DNA of 64,000 nt from Anaerolineae bacterium (GCA_008933735.1 WBUL01000002.1:209937-273936); one strand, 5' to 3'; shown: positions 1 to 11,176, numbered from the stretch's first letter. Made by a program: numbers and translations. Notes: generated from the sequence alone by a model not told the origin.

Positions 1-1050
1 GATGTCGACGATATTCCTGCGGGGGCAAAGTGGAGTACGGCTATCCAGGAAGGACTCCGCACCTGTGATGTCTTGATTCTGATCATTTCACCCGATTCAA
101 TGGAATCCGTGAATGTGGAAGATGAATGGCAGTATTTTCTCGACAAGAATAAACCCATTATCCCGGTCTACTGGCGAGACTGTGAACCTCATTTTCAACT
201 GAGGCGGTTACAGTATGTGGATTTTCGCAAGGAATACACAGATTACGACCAATCTATGCTCAGTTTGATTGCGCGATTGAGCGAACACGGGGTACATCTG
301 GGAACACCACATGATCTGGCCGCCTCGCGGGAGCGCTTTCTGGAGGAGGTCGCCCAGGAACAGCTTAATGCGCTGGGGTACATGAAATTGACGCACAGTA
401 GTAGGCCGGAGACTCAGCCATCCCGCCCGCCTTCTTATCCAGACCGTACACTCTACCCGGATACGTTTCCCCTTGCGCCGGGGCCTCGCCCCACGAGGCG
501 CAGCACGGGGCGCAGTCTGAACTGCCTGCTGGTTCTGATAGGTTCGCTTGTAATGACCCTAGCAATTCTAGGGGCAGCCTTTGCCTTTGGTATCTTTGTC
601 AGGCCTGAAGAAATCTTAGAAGCTACCGAGGAAGCCGCCGCCGCAACAGACACGCCGCCTCCTGTAACACCAACAGCAGCCATTCGTGCCCAGGTCGCGC
701 TGATTTATAGTGACGACTGGCTGTTCCTTCAGAATATTTCTGACGAAACCCTGGACCTGGGCGATCTGCGTTTTGTACAGAACGGCAGTTCTCTTGAGTT
801 CAGAGCATCAGAATGGGGCGGTGTGCAATCCGTGCATCCCAATGGGTGTTATCAGCTTGTGCGGGACAGTTCCTACGTGGATACCCGACCGGGCTTTTGC
901 AGCTTTAACGGCTGGATTTTTAAGGGCCGCAGCAGCCAGTTCTGGCGGGCATTTGAGGAGGGTGCAGATACATTCACTGTCTATGAAGGTGTCCGCGAAA
1001 TCACCACCTGTACGATTGCCGCCGGGGAGTGCCGATTTTCGATTCAGTAG
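1..1050 (+). CDS. TIR-domain membrane protein with C-terminal extracellular 4-Cys domain (5' truncated by window)
   Basis: Frame is open from base 1 (DVDDIPAGAKWSTAIQEGLRTCDVLILIISPDSMESVNVEDEW...KPIIPV...LQYVDF), which is TIR_2-like. Followed by a Pro-rich linker, one TM helix (LLVLIGSLVMTLAILGAAFAFGIFV) and a Cys-containing domain. Confidence 0.85.
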   Translation, partial: DVDDIPAGAKWSTAIQEGLRTCDVLILIISPDSMESVNVEDEWQYFLDKNKPIIPVYWRDCEPHFQLRRLQYVDFRKEYTDYDQSMLSLIARLSEHGVHLGTPHDLAASRERFLEEVAQEQLNALGYMKLTHSSRPETQPSRPPSYPDRTLYPDTFPLAPGPRPTRRSTGRSLNCLLVLIGSLVMTLAILGAAFAFGIFVRPEEILEATEEAAAATDTPPPVTPTAAIRAQVALIYSDDWLFLQNISDETLDLGDLRFVQNGSSLEFRASEWGGVQSVHPNGCYQLVRDSSYVDTRPGFCSFNGWIFKGRSSQFWRAFEEGADTFTVYEGVREITTCTIAAGECRFSIQ

Positions 1051-2090
1051 CTGAGGTGTTCAATGAAGTGCCTGAGAACAGCCACTGCCTGCTCATATTC
1101 TGCAAGCGACAGATGCTCATTGGGTGTATGATCCAGCCTGCTGTCGCCGGGGCCATAGGCGATGATAGGACAGCCCCAGACCGCCCCCACAATATTCATG
1201 TCGCTGGTCCCCGTTTTATACACAAAGCCCGGACGCTCTCCTTGAGCGCGGATCGCAGCCAGCATGTTCCGCACCAGCGGGGTGTTTTTGTCGCTCTGGA
1301 AGGCTTTTTCCGCACCATACGCACGCAGTTCACTATTGGGGGCAGCAAAACGCGAGACTGCCGCAACCACTTCTTCTGGCCCCTGGCGCGGCGGCAGACG
1401 AAACCCAACCATCATCGTCACCGCCTCATTAAACCCGTCACTGCTGGTGTTGATGCTCTGGAGGGTGGGCATGATCTGATCAAAATAACGTTCGTGATTT
1501 TCATTTTCGTGTGCTGCCCAATCCTGCACCGACTTCCAGAACTCAACCCCCATCGCGCCGGCACTGGGTTCCGGATGGGCAGTATGCGAGACCGTGCGAG
1601 TATAGGTGTACTCCACAATCAGCCGCCCTTTGTATCCCAGGGTAATCCGGTCGGCGCTGCTGGGTTCGCCAATGATGCACAGATCAGGTGTATAAGTTTT
1701 GGCGATATGCCGGGCTCCCTTGCTGCTGGTGACTTCTTCCTCCACCGCACCTGCTACAATTACCCGCCAGCCTTCGGGAATCACAGCTTGTGCGGCTGCG
1801 GCTGCAAAGGCACACAGCGGCCCTTTGGCATCCACACTCCCGCGTCCATACAAAATCCCATCCTCGACCCGGACAGGAATTTCTCCTCGTACCGTGTCGA
1901 TATGTCCTAAAAGCATTAACGTATAGGGGGCATCAGGAGCGCCGCGCCATCCGACGGCATTTCCTACGGTATCCACCGACGCCTCAAACCCGTTTTTTGT
2001 CATCCAGTCCACCAGATAGCGCACAGCGTCGCTTTCTTGCTCAGAGGGACTGTAGCGTTTGACAAGTTCAGTAATGAGTTCAGCGGACAT
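1044..2090 (-). CDS. lysK: [LysW]-lysine hydrolase (M20 family)
   Basis: [37 protein letters not shown] motifs; last gene of the lysW operon. Confidence 0.92.
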   Translation of the reverse strand: MSAELITELVKRYSPSEQESDAVRYLVDWMTKNGFEASVDTVGNAVGWRGAPDAPYTLMLLGHIDTVRGEIPVRVEDGILYGRGSVDAKGPLCAFAAAAAQAVIPEGWRVIVAGAVEEEVTSSKGARHIAKTYTPDLCIIGEPSSADRITLGYKGRLIVEYTYTRTVSHTAHPEPSAGAMGVEFWKSVQDWAAHENENHERYFDQIMPTLQSINTSSDGFNEAVTMMVGFRLPPRQGPEEVVAAVSRFAAPNSELRAYGAEKAFQSDKNTPLVRNMLAAIRAQGERPGFVYKTGTSDMNIVGAVWGCPIIAYGPGDSRLDHTPNEHLSLAEYEQAVAVLRHFIEHLSY

Positions 2091-3051
2091 ACTGCTGTTC
2101 CAATTGTTGAATGATAGTGTACGTGGTGCGGGTAGTATCGCCGGTGTGGGAAGTCGCGTAAGTAATTCTGCGGATCGTTTCAGCCGCAGTCATATGACCG
2201 AGGAAATCCAGCATCATCGCTGCGCTTAAAATTGCTGCACGCGGATCAGCGACCCCTCTGCCTGCAATATCGGGAGCGCTGCCGTGAACAGGTTCAAAAA
2301 CGGCGGGTTTCTTTGCGCCCACATTCGCCGATGGCGCGATGCCCAGCCCTCCCGTTAACCCGGCGGCTAAATCACTCAAAATATCCCCAAAAAGATTCGT
2401 GGTCACCATCACATCGAAGCGCCCCGGATTCTCTACCATAAACATGGCCGCCGCATCGACCAGCACTTCGTCAACTTCAAGCTCCGGAAAATCTTTGACA
2501 ATCTCCCAGCCAATCTGCCGGAACAACCCGCAGGTTTCTTTTAAGACATTCGCTTTATGTACCAGGGTCAGTTTTTTGCGGCGCTGCATGGCCTGTTCAC
2601 ACGCCACACGAACAATTCGCTCAGAGGCACGTGCTGTGATGACCCGTTCGGCAATGGCAGTTTGCCCGTTATCTTCTACCCGTTCGCGCCTGCTGTATAA
2701 CCCTTCGGTGTTTTCCCGCACGATCAGCATATCAATTCCCTGATGTGGTAACAATGCCGGGCGCAAATTAGCGAACAAATCAAAATGCCGACGTAGGGTG
2801 AGAATCGGGCTTTGATAACCTTCGACTTTGACCATCGGAGAACCCGTCGCGCCAAACAGCACGGCATCGCTGCTCTCGCACATTTCCAGCGTCTCCAGCG
2901 GAAGCGCATTCCCGGTTTTTTCAAATGTACCGAATCCCGCCTCGGCTTCCAGAAATTCAAGCGGGAGATTCAGCACCGTAAGCACCGCCCGTGCTGCCGG
3001 AATAACTTCCTGCCCGATACCATCGCCGTTAATCAAAACTACTTTGGACAT
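2080..3051 (-). CDS. hicd: homoisocitrate dehydrogenase (isocitrate/isopropylmalate DH family)
   Basis: GDGIGQEV, VRENTEGLY, HKANVL, NLFGDILSD, FEPVHGSAPDIAG; specificity assigned from operon context. Confidence 0.85.
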   Translation of the reverse strand: MSKVVLINGDGIGQEVIPAARAVLTVLNLPLEFLEAEAGFGTFEKTGNALPLETLEMCESSDAVLFGATGSPMVKVEGYQSPILTLRRHFDLFANLRPALLPHQGIDMLIVRENTEGLYSRRERVEDNGQTAIAERVITARASERIVRVACEQAMQRRKKLTLVHKANVLKETCGLFRQIGWEIVKDFPELEVDEVLVDAAAMFMVENPGRFDVMVTTNLFGDILSDLAAGLTGGLGIAPSANVGAKKPAVFEPVHGSAPDIAGRGVADPRAAILSAAMMLDFLGHMTAAETIRRITYATSHTGDTTRTTYTIIQQLEQQYVR

Positions 3052-3053
3052 AT

Positions 3054-3545
3054 TCAAACTTTCCCGAATCTTTTTTGCAGCATTGGCACAAGACCCCCTG
3101 CGTCTAAAATCGCCTGCACTGAGGGGGAAAGTTTTGGTATCGAGAATCGCTGTCCGTGCACGGCGATTTGTCCTGAATCCGTATCAATTTCAAGCATGTC
3201 GCCTGTTTGCAGCAGCACATTGAGTTCAGGGCAGACAATTGGCAGAACTCCCTGATTAATGCAGTTGCGGAAGTAAATTCGGCTGAATGATGCCGCAATA
3301 ATCATGGGCACACCCGCATATCTCAGCGCAGTCACAGCCTGTTCACGACTGCTGCCGCATCCCCAATTTTTCCCCGCCACAATCACATCTCCCGGCTGAA
3401 CCTGCGCGGCAAAGGTCGGGTCCAGGTCTTCCAGCGCGTGTGCAGCGATTTCCTCCGGCGTTTTGAGGGTATACGTATATTTGCCGGGAAAAATTACATC
3501 CGTGTTGATATGATCGCCATATACCCAGCAGCGATGTATGGTCAT
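3054..3545 (-). CDS. lysU: homoaconitase small subunit (LeuD/HacB family)
   Basis: [33 protein letters not shown]; start moved to ATG 3545, which overlaps the upstream stop (ATGA). Confidence 0.85.
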   Translation of the reverse strand: MTIHRCWVYGDHINTDVIFPGKYTYTLKTPEEIAAHALEDLDPTFAAQVQPGDVIVAGKNWGCGSSREQAVTALRYAGVPMIIAASFSRIYFRNCINQGVLPIVCPELNVLLQTGDMLEIDTDSGQIAVHGQRFSIPKLSPSVQAILDAGGLVPMLQKRFGKV

Positions 3546-4513
3546 CCTTCGATCCTCTCCTGCCATTTCTGTAACAATTCGATCTCGCGTTCCGGTGTCA
3601 GCCCTGCGACCAGCAAATTCTCCCCCTGAAGTGTTTTTGCCCACATCAGCGTATCCTGTAGGGTGTCAGCCAGCGGGCGGAATTTTAGCCCAGCGTTCAC
3701 AGCACGGTCGATGTTGACACAATTCACTCCCACCCATGACGACGGGAACCACAATGGCAGGCTGACTTCGTTTTCCTGTAGAAATTCCTCGTTAACAGGG
3801 ATAAATTGGATGTTACTGTTCGTAATCTCCTGGCTGGTTTCCAGAATCTTTTTTAAGGAAACGGGATAGCCTGTCGCATTAAAAACACCGTTCTGTTTTT
3901 TTTCCGCCATGTCGATGGTCCATTCGGCCAGGTCGCGCCCGTCAATGAACTGCATGGCAAATTCAGGCGGAACCAGCATATCGCCGCCGTGTGAGACTCG
4001 CACCGGCCAGTATGTGAAGCGGAATGTATGATCTTCAGGCCCGACCACAAACCCCGGACGAATTACGAGCGCCTGCCCCGGCATCACACGCTGAACCACT
4101 TTTTCGCACAGAGCTTTCAGCGCCCCGTAAGTTTGTGCGGTGATTTCTTCGATGGTTGCATCTTCTAATGTTTGCAGAGCGCCGTTTTCATCCTCATTTT
4201 CTTTAGTATCCAGGTCGCGGTAGACCGAAATGGAAGAAATGAAGATGTACAGGCTGCTGCCTTGCAGCATTTCAACGGATTGGCGCACGACACGCGGTAC
4301 ATAACCGCTCGTATCAATCACCACATCCCATGAGCGACTTCTTAGTGCATCTAAGTACCCGTCCCTGTCGCCATGTAAATGCTCAGCCTCCGGAAACAGG
4401 CCAGGGTTGGTTTTGCCCCGATGGAACAGGGTCAGTTCATGCCCGCGCTTCAAAGCAGCTTCCGCCATATGCCGCCCGACAAATCGGGTTCCGCCGATGA
4501 TAAGGATTCTCAT
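3542..4513 (-). CDS. NAD-dependent epimerase/dehydratase, atypical SDR (isoflavone-reductase-like)
   Basis: GGTRFVG Rossmann motif, ISSISVY, YGALK (YxxxK). Confidence 0.85.
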   Translation of the reverse strand: MRILIIGGTRFVGRHMAEAALKRGHELTLFHRGKTNPGLFPEAEHLHGDRDGYLDALRSRSWDVVIDTSGYVPRVVRQSVEMLQGSSLYIFISSISVYRDLDTKENEDENGALQTLEDATIEEITAQTYGALKALCEKVVQRVMPGQALVIRPGFVVGPEDHTFRFTYWPVRVSHGGDMLVPPEFAMQFIDGRDLAEWTIDMAEKKQNGVFNATGYPVSLKKILETSQEITNSNIQFIPVNEEFLQENEVSLPLWFPSSWVGVNCVNIDRAVNAGLKFRPLADTLQDTLMWAKTLQGENLLVAGLTPEREIELLQKWQERIEG

Positions 4514-4547
4514 GTGGTTTCCTTTGAATATCGTTGAAAAGATTTTA

Positions 4548-5813
4548 TCAGCGACTCAGGGGAAGCACCTCTCGTGGGTCGGCGATTTTTCCGGCAACCG
4601 CGCTCGCCGCAACCACATACGGGCTGGCAAGATAAACTGGCGCGTCGGGCGTTCCCATACGGCCCTTAAAATTGCGATTCGCGCTGCTAATGGTTGCTTC
4701 ATTTGGCGCAGGCACACCCAGATGATTTCCCATACATGGCCCACAGCCAGGAGTCGCTATCGCCGCACCAGCTTCAATGAGCGTTTCAATATAACCAGCA
4801 CGAGTTGCAGCCAGGTACACTTCCGAACTCGCCGGAATGACCACCAATCGACAGCGTACTTTGTGACCCCGCAAGACTTCCGCTGCCGCCTGAATATCTT
4901 CCAGCCGCCCATTCGTACAGGTCCCGATGAATGCCTGCTGAATTGGCTCGCCCAGTGCTTCTGAGAGATTAACCACATTGTCCGGTTGATTCGGCAGCGC
5001 AATCTGCGGTTCAAGCTGGCTCACATCTATCGTGTAATCATGGGCATAAACCGCGTCCGGGTCAGGATAAAGAGGGGTATAATCGCGGGTCCGTCTGGCA
5101 TCCAGATAGTCAAAAACGGCCTTATCTGGCGGCAGATAAGCATTTTTCGCGCCAAACTCCGCCATCATGTTGGGCAACACAGCCCGTTGATCCAGAGACA
5201 GTGTAGAAATGGTATCCCCGGCAAACTCAACTGAAGCATAAATTCCCCCCTCTACGCCGTAATTGCCCAGAATCCGCAGCGAAACATCTTTGGCGGTTAC
5301 CCCTGGTGTCAGGGTTCCGGTCAGCGCAATTCGCATCGAGTCCGGCACGCGCATCCAGAGTTCACCCGTTGCCCACAGCGCCGCCATTTCTGTCCGCCCG
5401 ACCCCTGCCCCAAACGCGCCCAGCCAGCCGAAATGAGTGCTGTGACTGTCCGCGCCGAGAATCGTTTCGCCAGGGAGAATCAGCACTTCTTCGCTGATGA
5501 CCTGATGACAAATACCCCGCCCCACCTCGAAGAGATGAGCAATTCCCTGCTCCTTGACCCACTCGCGGATTTCCGCATGATTCTGGGCATGTTTGGTTGT
5601 TGGAGCGGGCACAGCATGGTCAAAAGTTATCGCGATTCGATCAGGGCGGGCGATTTTTTTCGCGCCCATTTCCAGGAAAATTCGTCGAATCGCGGCTGAA
5701 TTATCGTGGCTGAACATTAAATCCGGCCTGACATCCAAAATATCACCTGCCCGCGCTGAGGAGACGCCTGCCGCCCGCGCCAGCGCCTTTTCCGCAAAGG
5801 TATATCCACTCAT
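4548..5813 (-). CDS. lysT: homoaconitase large subunit (LeuC/HacA family)
   Basis: [36 protein letters not shown] Fe-S motifs. Confidence 0.88.
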   Translation of the reverse strand: MSGYTFAEKALARAAGVSSARAGDILDVRPDLMFSHDNSAAIRRIFLEMGAKKIARPDRIAITFDHAVPAPTTKHAQNHAEIREWVKEQGIAHLFEVGRGICHQVISEEVLILPGETILGADSHSTHFGWLGAFGAGVGRTEMAALWATGELWMRVPDSMRIALTGTLTPGVTAKDVSLRILGNYGVEGGIYASVEFAGDTISTLSLDQRAVLPNMMAEFGAKNAYLPPDKAVFDYLDARRTRDYTPLYPDPDAVYAHDYTIDVSQLEPQIALPNQPDNVVNLSEALGEPIQQAFIGTCTNGRLEDIQAAAEVLRGHKVRCRLVVIPASSEVYLAATRAGYIETLIEAGAAIATPGCGPCMGNHLGVPAPNEATISSANRNFKGRMGTPDAPVYLASPYVVAASAVAGKIADPREVLPLSR

Positions 5814-6952
5814 AAGGCCTGCCCTGCCGCCTGATAGAGCAAATGATCAATTTCGGCCAGCGCTAACGGGCGAATGTCCGCTCGTTGTTTGATGGTTTGG
5901 GTCACCGCTTTGAGGGTCGAATCGTCCAGCACCAATCCCAGTTTTAATGCCCGGTCACGGACAGTATTCCAGCCTGTCAGTCGATGCCCCATCGCCACTT
6001 CCCGTGTCAATCCGAAATCTTCCGGGTTGATAATTTCATAGGTTGTTGGATCCGCCAGCACCGCTTTGGCATGAATCCCTGCCTTGTGAATAAACGCGCT
6101 TGAACCCGTGATGTAATTGCTAAACGGAATCTGGATTCCGCAGCTTTCCGCGATGAATGTATCTAATTGGGGCAGCAACCTGAGCTTGTATTTCTGCACA
6201 TAAGCTCGGTTGATGGTGTACAGACGCGCAACCAAACCGCCCAGAGGGGTAATACCGTTGCGCTCGCCGATACCTAAAATGGTTGTATCGATGTGAGTGG
6301 CTCCGGCTTCCAGCGCTGCACAGGCATTAGCAATCGCGCAGCCGCTGTCGTTATGCCCATGAAATTCAATATCGAGTCCGGTCAGGCGTACCAGTTGATG
6401 CACCATCGCATAAACCTGCGTGGGCAGTGCCACCCCAACGGTATCCGCCACCCCAAGCCGGTTGACCAGGCCCAGGTCTGCTACCGCGAGGTATACCCGA
6501 AGCAAGTCAGCCTCGCGGCTGCGGAAGGTATCCTCCGTGCTGAAACGTAAAATGATGTCGGGTGCCTGCGAACGGATGTAACCCATCACATCTTCAGCCA
6601 GATCAATGATCTGGCGAATACTTTTGCCATGACTGTGCCGGATTAGCTGTGGCGAGGTGCCAATCACGACATCCAGCCCCTGTACGCCTGTATCCAGCGC
6701 CCGCAGCGCATCGTCACGATTACAGCGAATATGGGTCAAAATGCGAGCCTTCAGATTTTCCCGCACCACCGCGCGTATATCGGCTTCACTCTGGGGCGAG
6801 GCACACGGCGAGGTCATCTCGATCATTTCTACGCCGAACTCATCCAGCAGGCCGGCAATTTCGATTTTTTGCGCGGTAGAAAAGGTCGCGGTGCTGAACT
6901 GTTCCCCTTCGCGCAAGGTACTTTCAATAATGCTGTAATTGTCAAACGGCAT
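5810..6952 (-). CDS. hcs: homocitrate synthase
   Basis: [46 protein letters not shown]; start moved to MPFDNY (6952). Confidence 0.9.
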   Translation of the reverse strand: MPFDNYSIIESTLREGEQFSTATFSTAQKIEIAGLLDEFGVEMIEMTSPCASPQSEADIRAVVRENLKARILTHIRCNRDDALRALDTGVQGLDVVIGTSPQLIRHSHGKSIRQIIDLAEDVMGYIRSQAPDIILRFSTEDTFRSREADLLRVYLAVADLGLVNRLGVADTVGVALPTQVYAMVHQLVRLTGLDIEFHGHNDSGCAIANACAALEAGATHIDTTILGIGERNGITPLGGLVARLYTINRAYVQKYKLRLLPQLDTFIAESCGIQIPFSNYITGSSAFIHKAGIHAKAVLADPTTYEIINPEDFGLTREVAMGHRLTGWNTVRDRALKLGLVLDDSTLKAVTQTIKQRADIRPLALAEIDHLLYQAAGQAL

Positions 6953-8099
6953 GATGCAAGACTTCCCTGACTGTATCAACCATCTGCCACAAATCGTCAT
7001 CGGAGATGACCAGCGGCGGTAACAAACGCAGTACGGTTGCGCCCGCAGGCAGCGCCAGGACTCCCTGTGCCTGCAAAGCACTCAACACTGGGGCAACTTT
7101 GCCACGCAATTCAATCCCAACCATGAAGCCGCGCCCGCGAACCTCCCGTATGATGTTTTCCGGCAAATTTTCGCGGAAATAGGTCATCACTGCCGCACCA
7201 CGTTCCCGCGCCCTCTGGATTAGATCTGTATTCTGGTAGACCTCTAAGGCGGCTAAAGCGGCGGCACAGGCCAAAGGATTCCCGCCGAAGGTGCTGCCGT
7301 GAGAGGCAGGCGGAATCTCCCCGACTCGTTCCCCAATCAAGACCGCACCCATCGGCAAACCGCCCGCGATACTTTTGGCAAGGCACATCAAATCCGGCTG
7401 GATGCCGTCATACTCATGAGCGAAAAGATAGCCTGTGCGTCCAAATCCAGTTTGCACCTCATCCAGGATCAGAAGTGCGCCGTGTGCATGGCATAATTCC
7501 TGCACTGCCCGCAGGTATCCCGCTTCCGCCGGATGCACACCACCTTCACCCTGCACCACTTCGACAATCACCGCGCCGATGGTGTTATCCATCACCTGTT
7601 CCAACCGTTCGATGTTGTTGTACGGGACATGTATCACATCTGGTATCAGGGGGTGGAAGGGCTCACGATATTTTTTCTCCCAGGTCGTACTGAGAGCGCC
7701 CATCGTCCGGCCATGGAAACCGCGCATGGTAGAAACGATTCCGGTGCGGCCAGTCCCCAGCCGGGCAAATTTTAAAGCGCCCTCAATCGCTTCCGCCCCG
7801 CTGTTACACAGAAATACACGCGGCATACGCGCGGCAGCGCACAGCGCCGCCTGGTAGCTGGCCCGCACCGGATTATGAAAAATCTCAGTGCAGGCAATCA
7901 GTTCTGACGCCTGCTGCTGAATCGCGCTGACAATCGCCGGGTGTGCATGGCCTAAATTTGATGACCCCTGCCCACTCACACAGTCGATATAACTGTTTCC
8001 TTCGGCATCGAACAGCCGCGCCCCTTCCCCGCGCACAATTTGCAGATCACGTTTGATATAGGTGCCGCTGGAATGCTGTTGTTCAAGCGTGATAAACAT
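6942..8099 (-). CDS. lysJ: [LysW]-aminoadipate semialdehyde transaminase (class III aminotransferase)
   Basis: NSGAEAIE, FHGRT, VQGEGG, DEVQTGFGRTG, AKSIAGG, HGSTFGGNP; GAGG RBS before ATG 8099. Confidence 0.9.
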   Translation of the reverse strand: MFITLEQQHSSGTYIKRDLQIVRGEGARLFDAEGNSYIDCVSGQGSSNLGHAHPAIVSAIQQQASELIACTEIFHNPVRASYQAALCAAARMPRVFLCNSGAEAIEGALKFARLGTGRTGIVSTMRGFHGRTMGALSTTWEKKYREPFHPLIPDVIHVPYNNIERLEQVMDNTIGAVIVEVVQGEGGVHPAEAGYLRAVQELCHAHGALLILDEVQTGFGRTGYLFAHEYDGIQPDLMCLAKSIAGGLPMGAVLIGERVGEIPPASHGSTFGGNPLACAAALAALEVYQNTDLIQRARERGAAVMTYFRENLPENIIREVRGRGFMVGIELRGKVAPVLSALQAQGVLALPAGATVLRLLPPLVISDDDLWQMVDTVREVLHHAV

Positions 8100-8901
8100 A
8101 AACCGCCTCATTTATGATATGGGTGCCAGCGCCCGCCAGCGCTGCATCAATGGGATTTTCCAGGCGAGAGTCCGCCAGAATGACTCGGCTGACTTGTGCC
8201 GCCTCCGCCGCCAGCAGTTTTTTCTTCATCCTTCCCCCAGCGAAATCAGCATAACGATCAAGTTCGGAAAGGGAAAACTGAGAAATCAGGGAAGCGGGGT
8301 CGTTCACATCACGCAGCAAACCAGGAACATTACTCAAAATGACGAGGGTATCGGCGCGAAGTTCATGGGCAAGCTGTGCCGCCGCCAGATCGCCATCTAC
8401 ATTGAGGCGTTCGTACTCATCTCCTAAGGCCAGCGGCGCGACCACTGGAGTCAGATCGTTTTCTAACAGGGGAACTAAAACCTGTGTGTTAATACCCGTG
8501 ATTTTGCCGGAATAATCATCCCGGATGATAATCTGCCGCCCATTGCGAATAGCACGAATGGCTTTTTTACGCTCGGCGCGAATCACGTTCGGGCCGGATA
8601 AACCCACTGCATGAACACGATATGACATGAGTTCGGCGGCGAGCTGCTGGTTCACCATGCCGGCTGCCGCGCTGAAAATCTCCAGCGTGCGTGCGTCCGT
8701 ATAGCGGCTGGTATGTCCGCCAGGGCTGGTAATCGTTTGCGCCGGGTAGCCAACCTGCTCCGCCAGTTGGTTGGCAGCATCACTGCACCCATGGACTAAT
8801 ATCCATTGTTCGCCGTGCTGAATACGTTCCGCCAGATTGCGTAAAACGGTCTGGTGATTAACACCTGCGCCGCCGCCGAGTTTGATTACCTTGATCGTCA
8901 T
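8083..8901 (-). CDS. lysZ: [LysW]-aminoadipate kinase
   Basis: KLGG, HGCS, SPGGHTSRYTD, LNVDGD, GRMKKK. Confidence 0.92.
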   Translation of the reverse strand: MTIKVIKLGGGAGVNHQTVLRNLAERIQHGEQWILVHGCSDAANQLAEQVGYPAQTITSPGGHTSRYTDARTLEIFSAAAGMVNQQLAAELMSYRVHAVGLSGPNVIRAERKKAIRAIRNGRQIIIRDDYSGKITGINTQVLVPLLENDLTPVVAPLALGDEYERLNVDGDLAAAQLAHELRADTLVILSNVPGLLRDVNDPASLISQFSLSELDRYADFAGGRMKKKLLAAEAAQVSRVILADSRLENPIDAALAGAGTHIINEAVYVYHA

Positions 8902-9938
8902 TACGGAAAAATCCCTCCAAAAGTTAGTCCGGTGTTTTCTTCAAAGCCGCACATCAGATTCATGCACTGCACAGCGCTGCCCGCTGCGCCTTTGCCGAGG
9001 TTATCAATCGCACAGAGTAAGATCGCACGCCCCGACGCCGGGTCATATTCCCAGCCTACATCGGCGTAATTGGTGCCTGCCAACAAACGCGGCTCAGGAT
9101 GCCCATGCAGACTGGTTTTGTCATGCACAATCCTTACAAATGGCTCGCTGTTCCACGCCTCACGATACGCTTTCCAGAAGTCTTTTTCGGATAAGCCAAC
9201 GGGAAAGGACAGATGCACCGCCGCCGATACGCCGCGCACCATTTCTACGCTGCTAATTGCCATCCTTACATCAAAATTCCCGCATTCAGCCAGACTCTGC
9301 CGGACTTCGGCTTCGTGGCGATGTCCTGTCAGGGCGAAAGGGCGGACAATGCCACTTCTTACCGGATGGTGACTTCCCGCGTTAGGCGTGCTGCCACCTT
9401 CACTGCTGCCCACTTTAATATCCACAAACAGCGGTTGGGTATCCGTCACGATGCCCGCTTTTACCAGTGCCCATAGCGCTATGGTCGTTGCAGTGGCGTT
9501 GCAGCCGACACCGCTCGCGTAATTTGCGCCACGAAGCTGCTCCCGGCAGAGTTCTGGCAGGCCATAAACAAAACGCGGCAGCCATTCTGGGGCAGCATGA
9601 GGACTGCCATAGGCTGCCGCGTAAATTTCCGCGCTGTTCAGGCGGAAATCCGCACTTAAATCAATGATCCGCTCTGCGAGATGCGCGTAATGAGAAATAT
9701 GCTGCTGTGCCTCGCCATGCGGCAGTGCCAGAAACAACACATCACACGGTTCCAGTACACCTGCTGTGACAAAACGCAGTTCAGTTTGCCCACGCAAATG
9801 CGGATGAACCTGATGCACAAATTTGCCCGCGTTGCGTTCCGCAGTGACCTGGGTCACTTCGACGTGGGGATGCGGCAGCAGTAAACGCAGCAGTTCGCCA
9901 CCTGTGTAGCCAGACGCTCCGACAATTCCAACCTTCAT
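8901..9938 (-). CDS. lysY: [LysW]-aminoadipate-6-phosphate reductase (ArgC family)
   Basis: [39 protein letters not shown]. Confidence 0.92.
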   Translation of the reverse strand: MKVGIVGASGYTGGELLRLLLPHPHVEVTQVTAERNAGKFVHQVHPHLRGQTELRFVTAGVLEPCDVLFLALPHGEAQQHISHYAHLAERIIDLSADFRLNSAEIYAAAYGSPHAAPEWLPRFVYGLPELCREQLRGANYASGVGCNATATTIALWALVKAGIVTDTQPLFVDIKVGSSEGGSTPNAGSHHPVRSGIVRPFALTGHRHEAEVRQSLAECGNFDVRMAISSVEMVRGVSAAVHLSFPVGLSEKDFWKAYREAWNSEPFVRIVHDKTSLHGHPEPRLLAGTNYADVGWEYDPASGRAILLCAIDNLGKGAAGSAVQCMNLMCGFEENTGLTFGGIFP

Positions 9939-10792
9939 GCAATTACCCTTGCGCTTTCAATGACAAAGCGAGCGATATGTTCAGGGATATTCACGCCCGT
10001 CGTATCAATGCTGTTGCGAAATTCCATGGTGTGGTTCACTTCGCAAACCAGAAAACCACGTTCCGGGTCTTCCAGCACATCAATCGCCAGAACGCCTCCT
10101 TGACCGCCGCTGACCGCCAGGGCTGCCCGCTGACACAATGCTGCCAGTTCAGGGGTAACAGGGCAGTTAGAGGCTTTGCCCCCGCGTGCCGTGTTGGTGA
10201 TCCAGTGCTCAGAGGAACGGTAAATAGCGCAGATGGTTTCGGTCCCCACCACAAAGGCACGAATATCCCGCGAGGGTTTCTGTACAAGTTCCTGAATGTA
10301 AAAAATATGATGCCCGACGCCGCCCAGCACTTCCTTGTGTTCGATCAGCGCTTCCGCCGCGTCTCGATCATTCACCCGCGCCAGCAGCCGTCCCCATGAA
10401 CCAATGACAGGTTTCAGGACGACGGGGTAACCCATCCGTTCTATCGCTTCTAAGGCCGCTTCACCGCTCAACGCAATTTCGGTATGCGGCTGAGGCACCT
10501 GGGCGGCAGAAAGCGCCAGCGTGGTACGGAGTTTATCGGCACAGGTGCTTGAAGTGGCAAAGCTATTGATCATCAGTACACCCGCCGCTTCAAAAAGCTG
10601 CGTTGCGACCAGCCCTGCGCTCGTGCTGACACTGCGTTCCAGGATCACATCAAATGGAGGAGCATATTCTCCGACACGCACGGTCATCATTCGCTCATCC
10701 AGACGGTCCGGCGTGATGCCCAGATTTTCAAACGCGGTGAAAAGCAGTTTCTCCTCAACCCGCACCCGGCTGCACAGAATCCCGACTCGCAT
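9935..10792 (-). CDS. lysX: alpha-aminoadipate--LysW ligase (ATP-grasp)
   Basis: [36 protein letters not shown]; start moved to MRVGIL. Confidence 0.93.
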   Translation of the reverse strand: MRVGILCSRVRVEEKLLFTAFENLGITPDRLDERMMTVRVGEYAPPFDVILERSVSTSAGLVATQLFEAAGVLMINSFATSSTCADKLRTTLALSAAQVPQPHTEIALSGEAALEAIERMGYPVVLKPVIGSWGRLLARVNDRDAAEALIEHKEVLGGVGHHIFYIQELVQKPSRDIRAFVVGTETICAIYRSSEHWITNTARGGKASNCPVTPELAALCQRAALAVSGGQGGVLAIDVLEDPERGFLVCEVNHTMEFRNSIDTTGVNIPEHIARFVIESARVIA

Positions 10793-10796
10793 CAGC

Positions 10797-10970
10797 CTAT
10801 TCGCCCCAGTCTTCCATTTCCATGGGAGCAAGATCAACTGTGAGCGGGTTCAGACTGATCACTTCCAGTTCCGCCCCACAGTCGCTGCACGGCAGAATTT
10901 CGCCCTGCATCACATTATCAGGAAGGCTGAGGCTGGCGCCGCATTCGATACATTCAACACTGTGACTCAT
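10797..10970 (-). CDS. lysW: amino-group carrier protein LysW (57 aa, not in ORF track)
   Basis: Hand translation [57 protein letters not shown]: two CxxC motifs, C-terminal EDWGE, GAAGGAG RBS. Confidence 0.97.
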   Translation of the reverse strand: MSHSVECIECGASLSLPDNVMQGEILPCSDCGAELEVISLNPLTVDLAPMEMEDWGE

Positions 10971-11001
10971 TTCGATTTCTCCTTCATCGCCTTGAAACGA
11001 A

Positions 11002-11040
11002 CAAAATAAAAACCCCGCCTGCGGTAAACCAGGTGGGGTT
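11002..11040 (-). terminator. attenuator terminator 2 (proximal) upstream of lysW
   Basis: AACCCCACCTG-GTTTACCG-CAGGCGGGGTT followed by TTTATTTTG on the minus strand. Confidence 0.85.
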
Positions 11041-11074
11041 CAGGGCAACATGAAAAAGCCTACCGGGTTTACCG

Positions 11075-11125
11075 CTAAGTTCGCGCTTCCTTCTTGGCCT
11101 TTTTAATGCTGCTAATGTGAGACAT
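11075..11125 (-). CDS. lysine-operon leader peptide 2, MSHISSIKKAKKEART
   Basis: 4 Lys codons within 5 positions; the stop codon overlaps GCGGTAAACC, which is perfectly complementary to GGTTTACCGC inside terminator 2. Confidence 0.8.
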   Translation of the reverse strand: MSHISSIKKAKKEART

Positions 11126-11143
11126 ACCCGTGTCTATCTCTTT

Positions 11144-11176
11144 AAACAAAAAAACCACCCGTTTTTTGCGAGTGGC
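11144..11176 (-). terminator. attenuator terminator 1 (distal)
   Basis: GCCACTCG-CAAAAAA-CGGGTGGT followed by a T run; GAGTGGC at 11232-11226 can sequester its 5' arm. Confidence 0.75.

Noticed and set aside
1029..1910. 293-aa plus-strand ORF and other long antisense ORFs (e.g. 43035..43886, 38228..38923, 27928..28659)
   Set aside because: Shadow ORFs opposite well-supported genes, with no motifs.
2080..5813. leuB/leuC/leuD leucine genes
   Set aside because: Same protein families, but embedded with hcs and lysWXYZJK under Lys-codon leaders, so lysine paralogues are more likely; promiscuity is not excluded.
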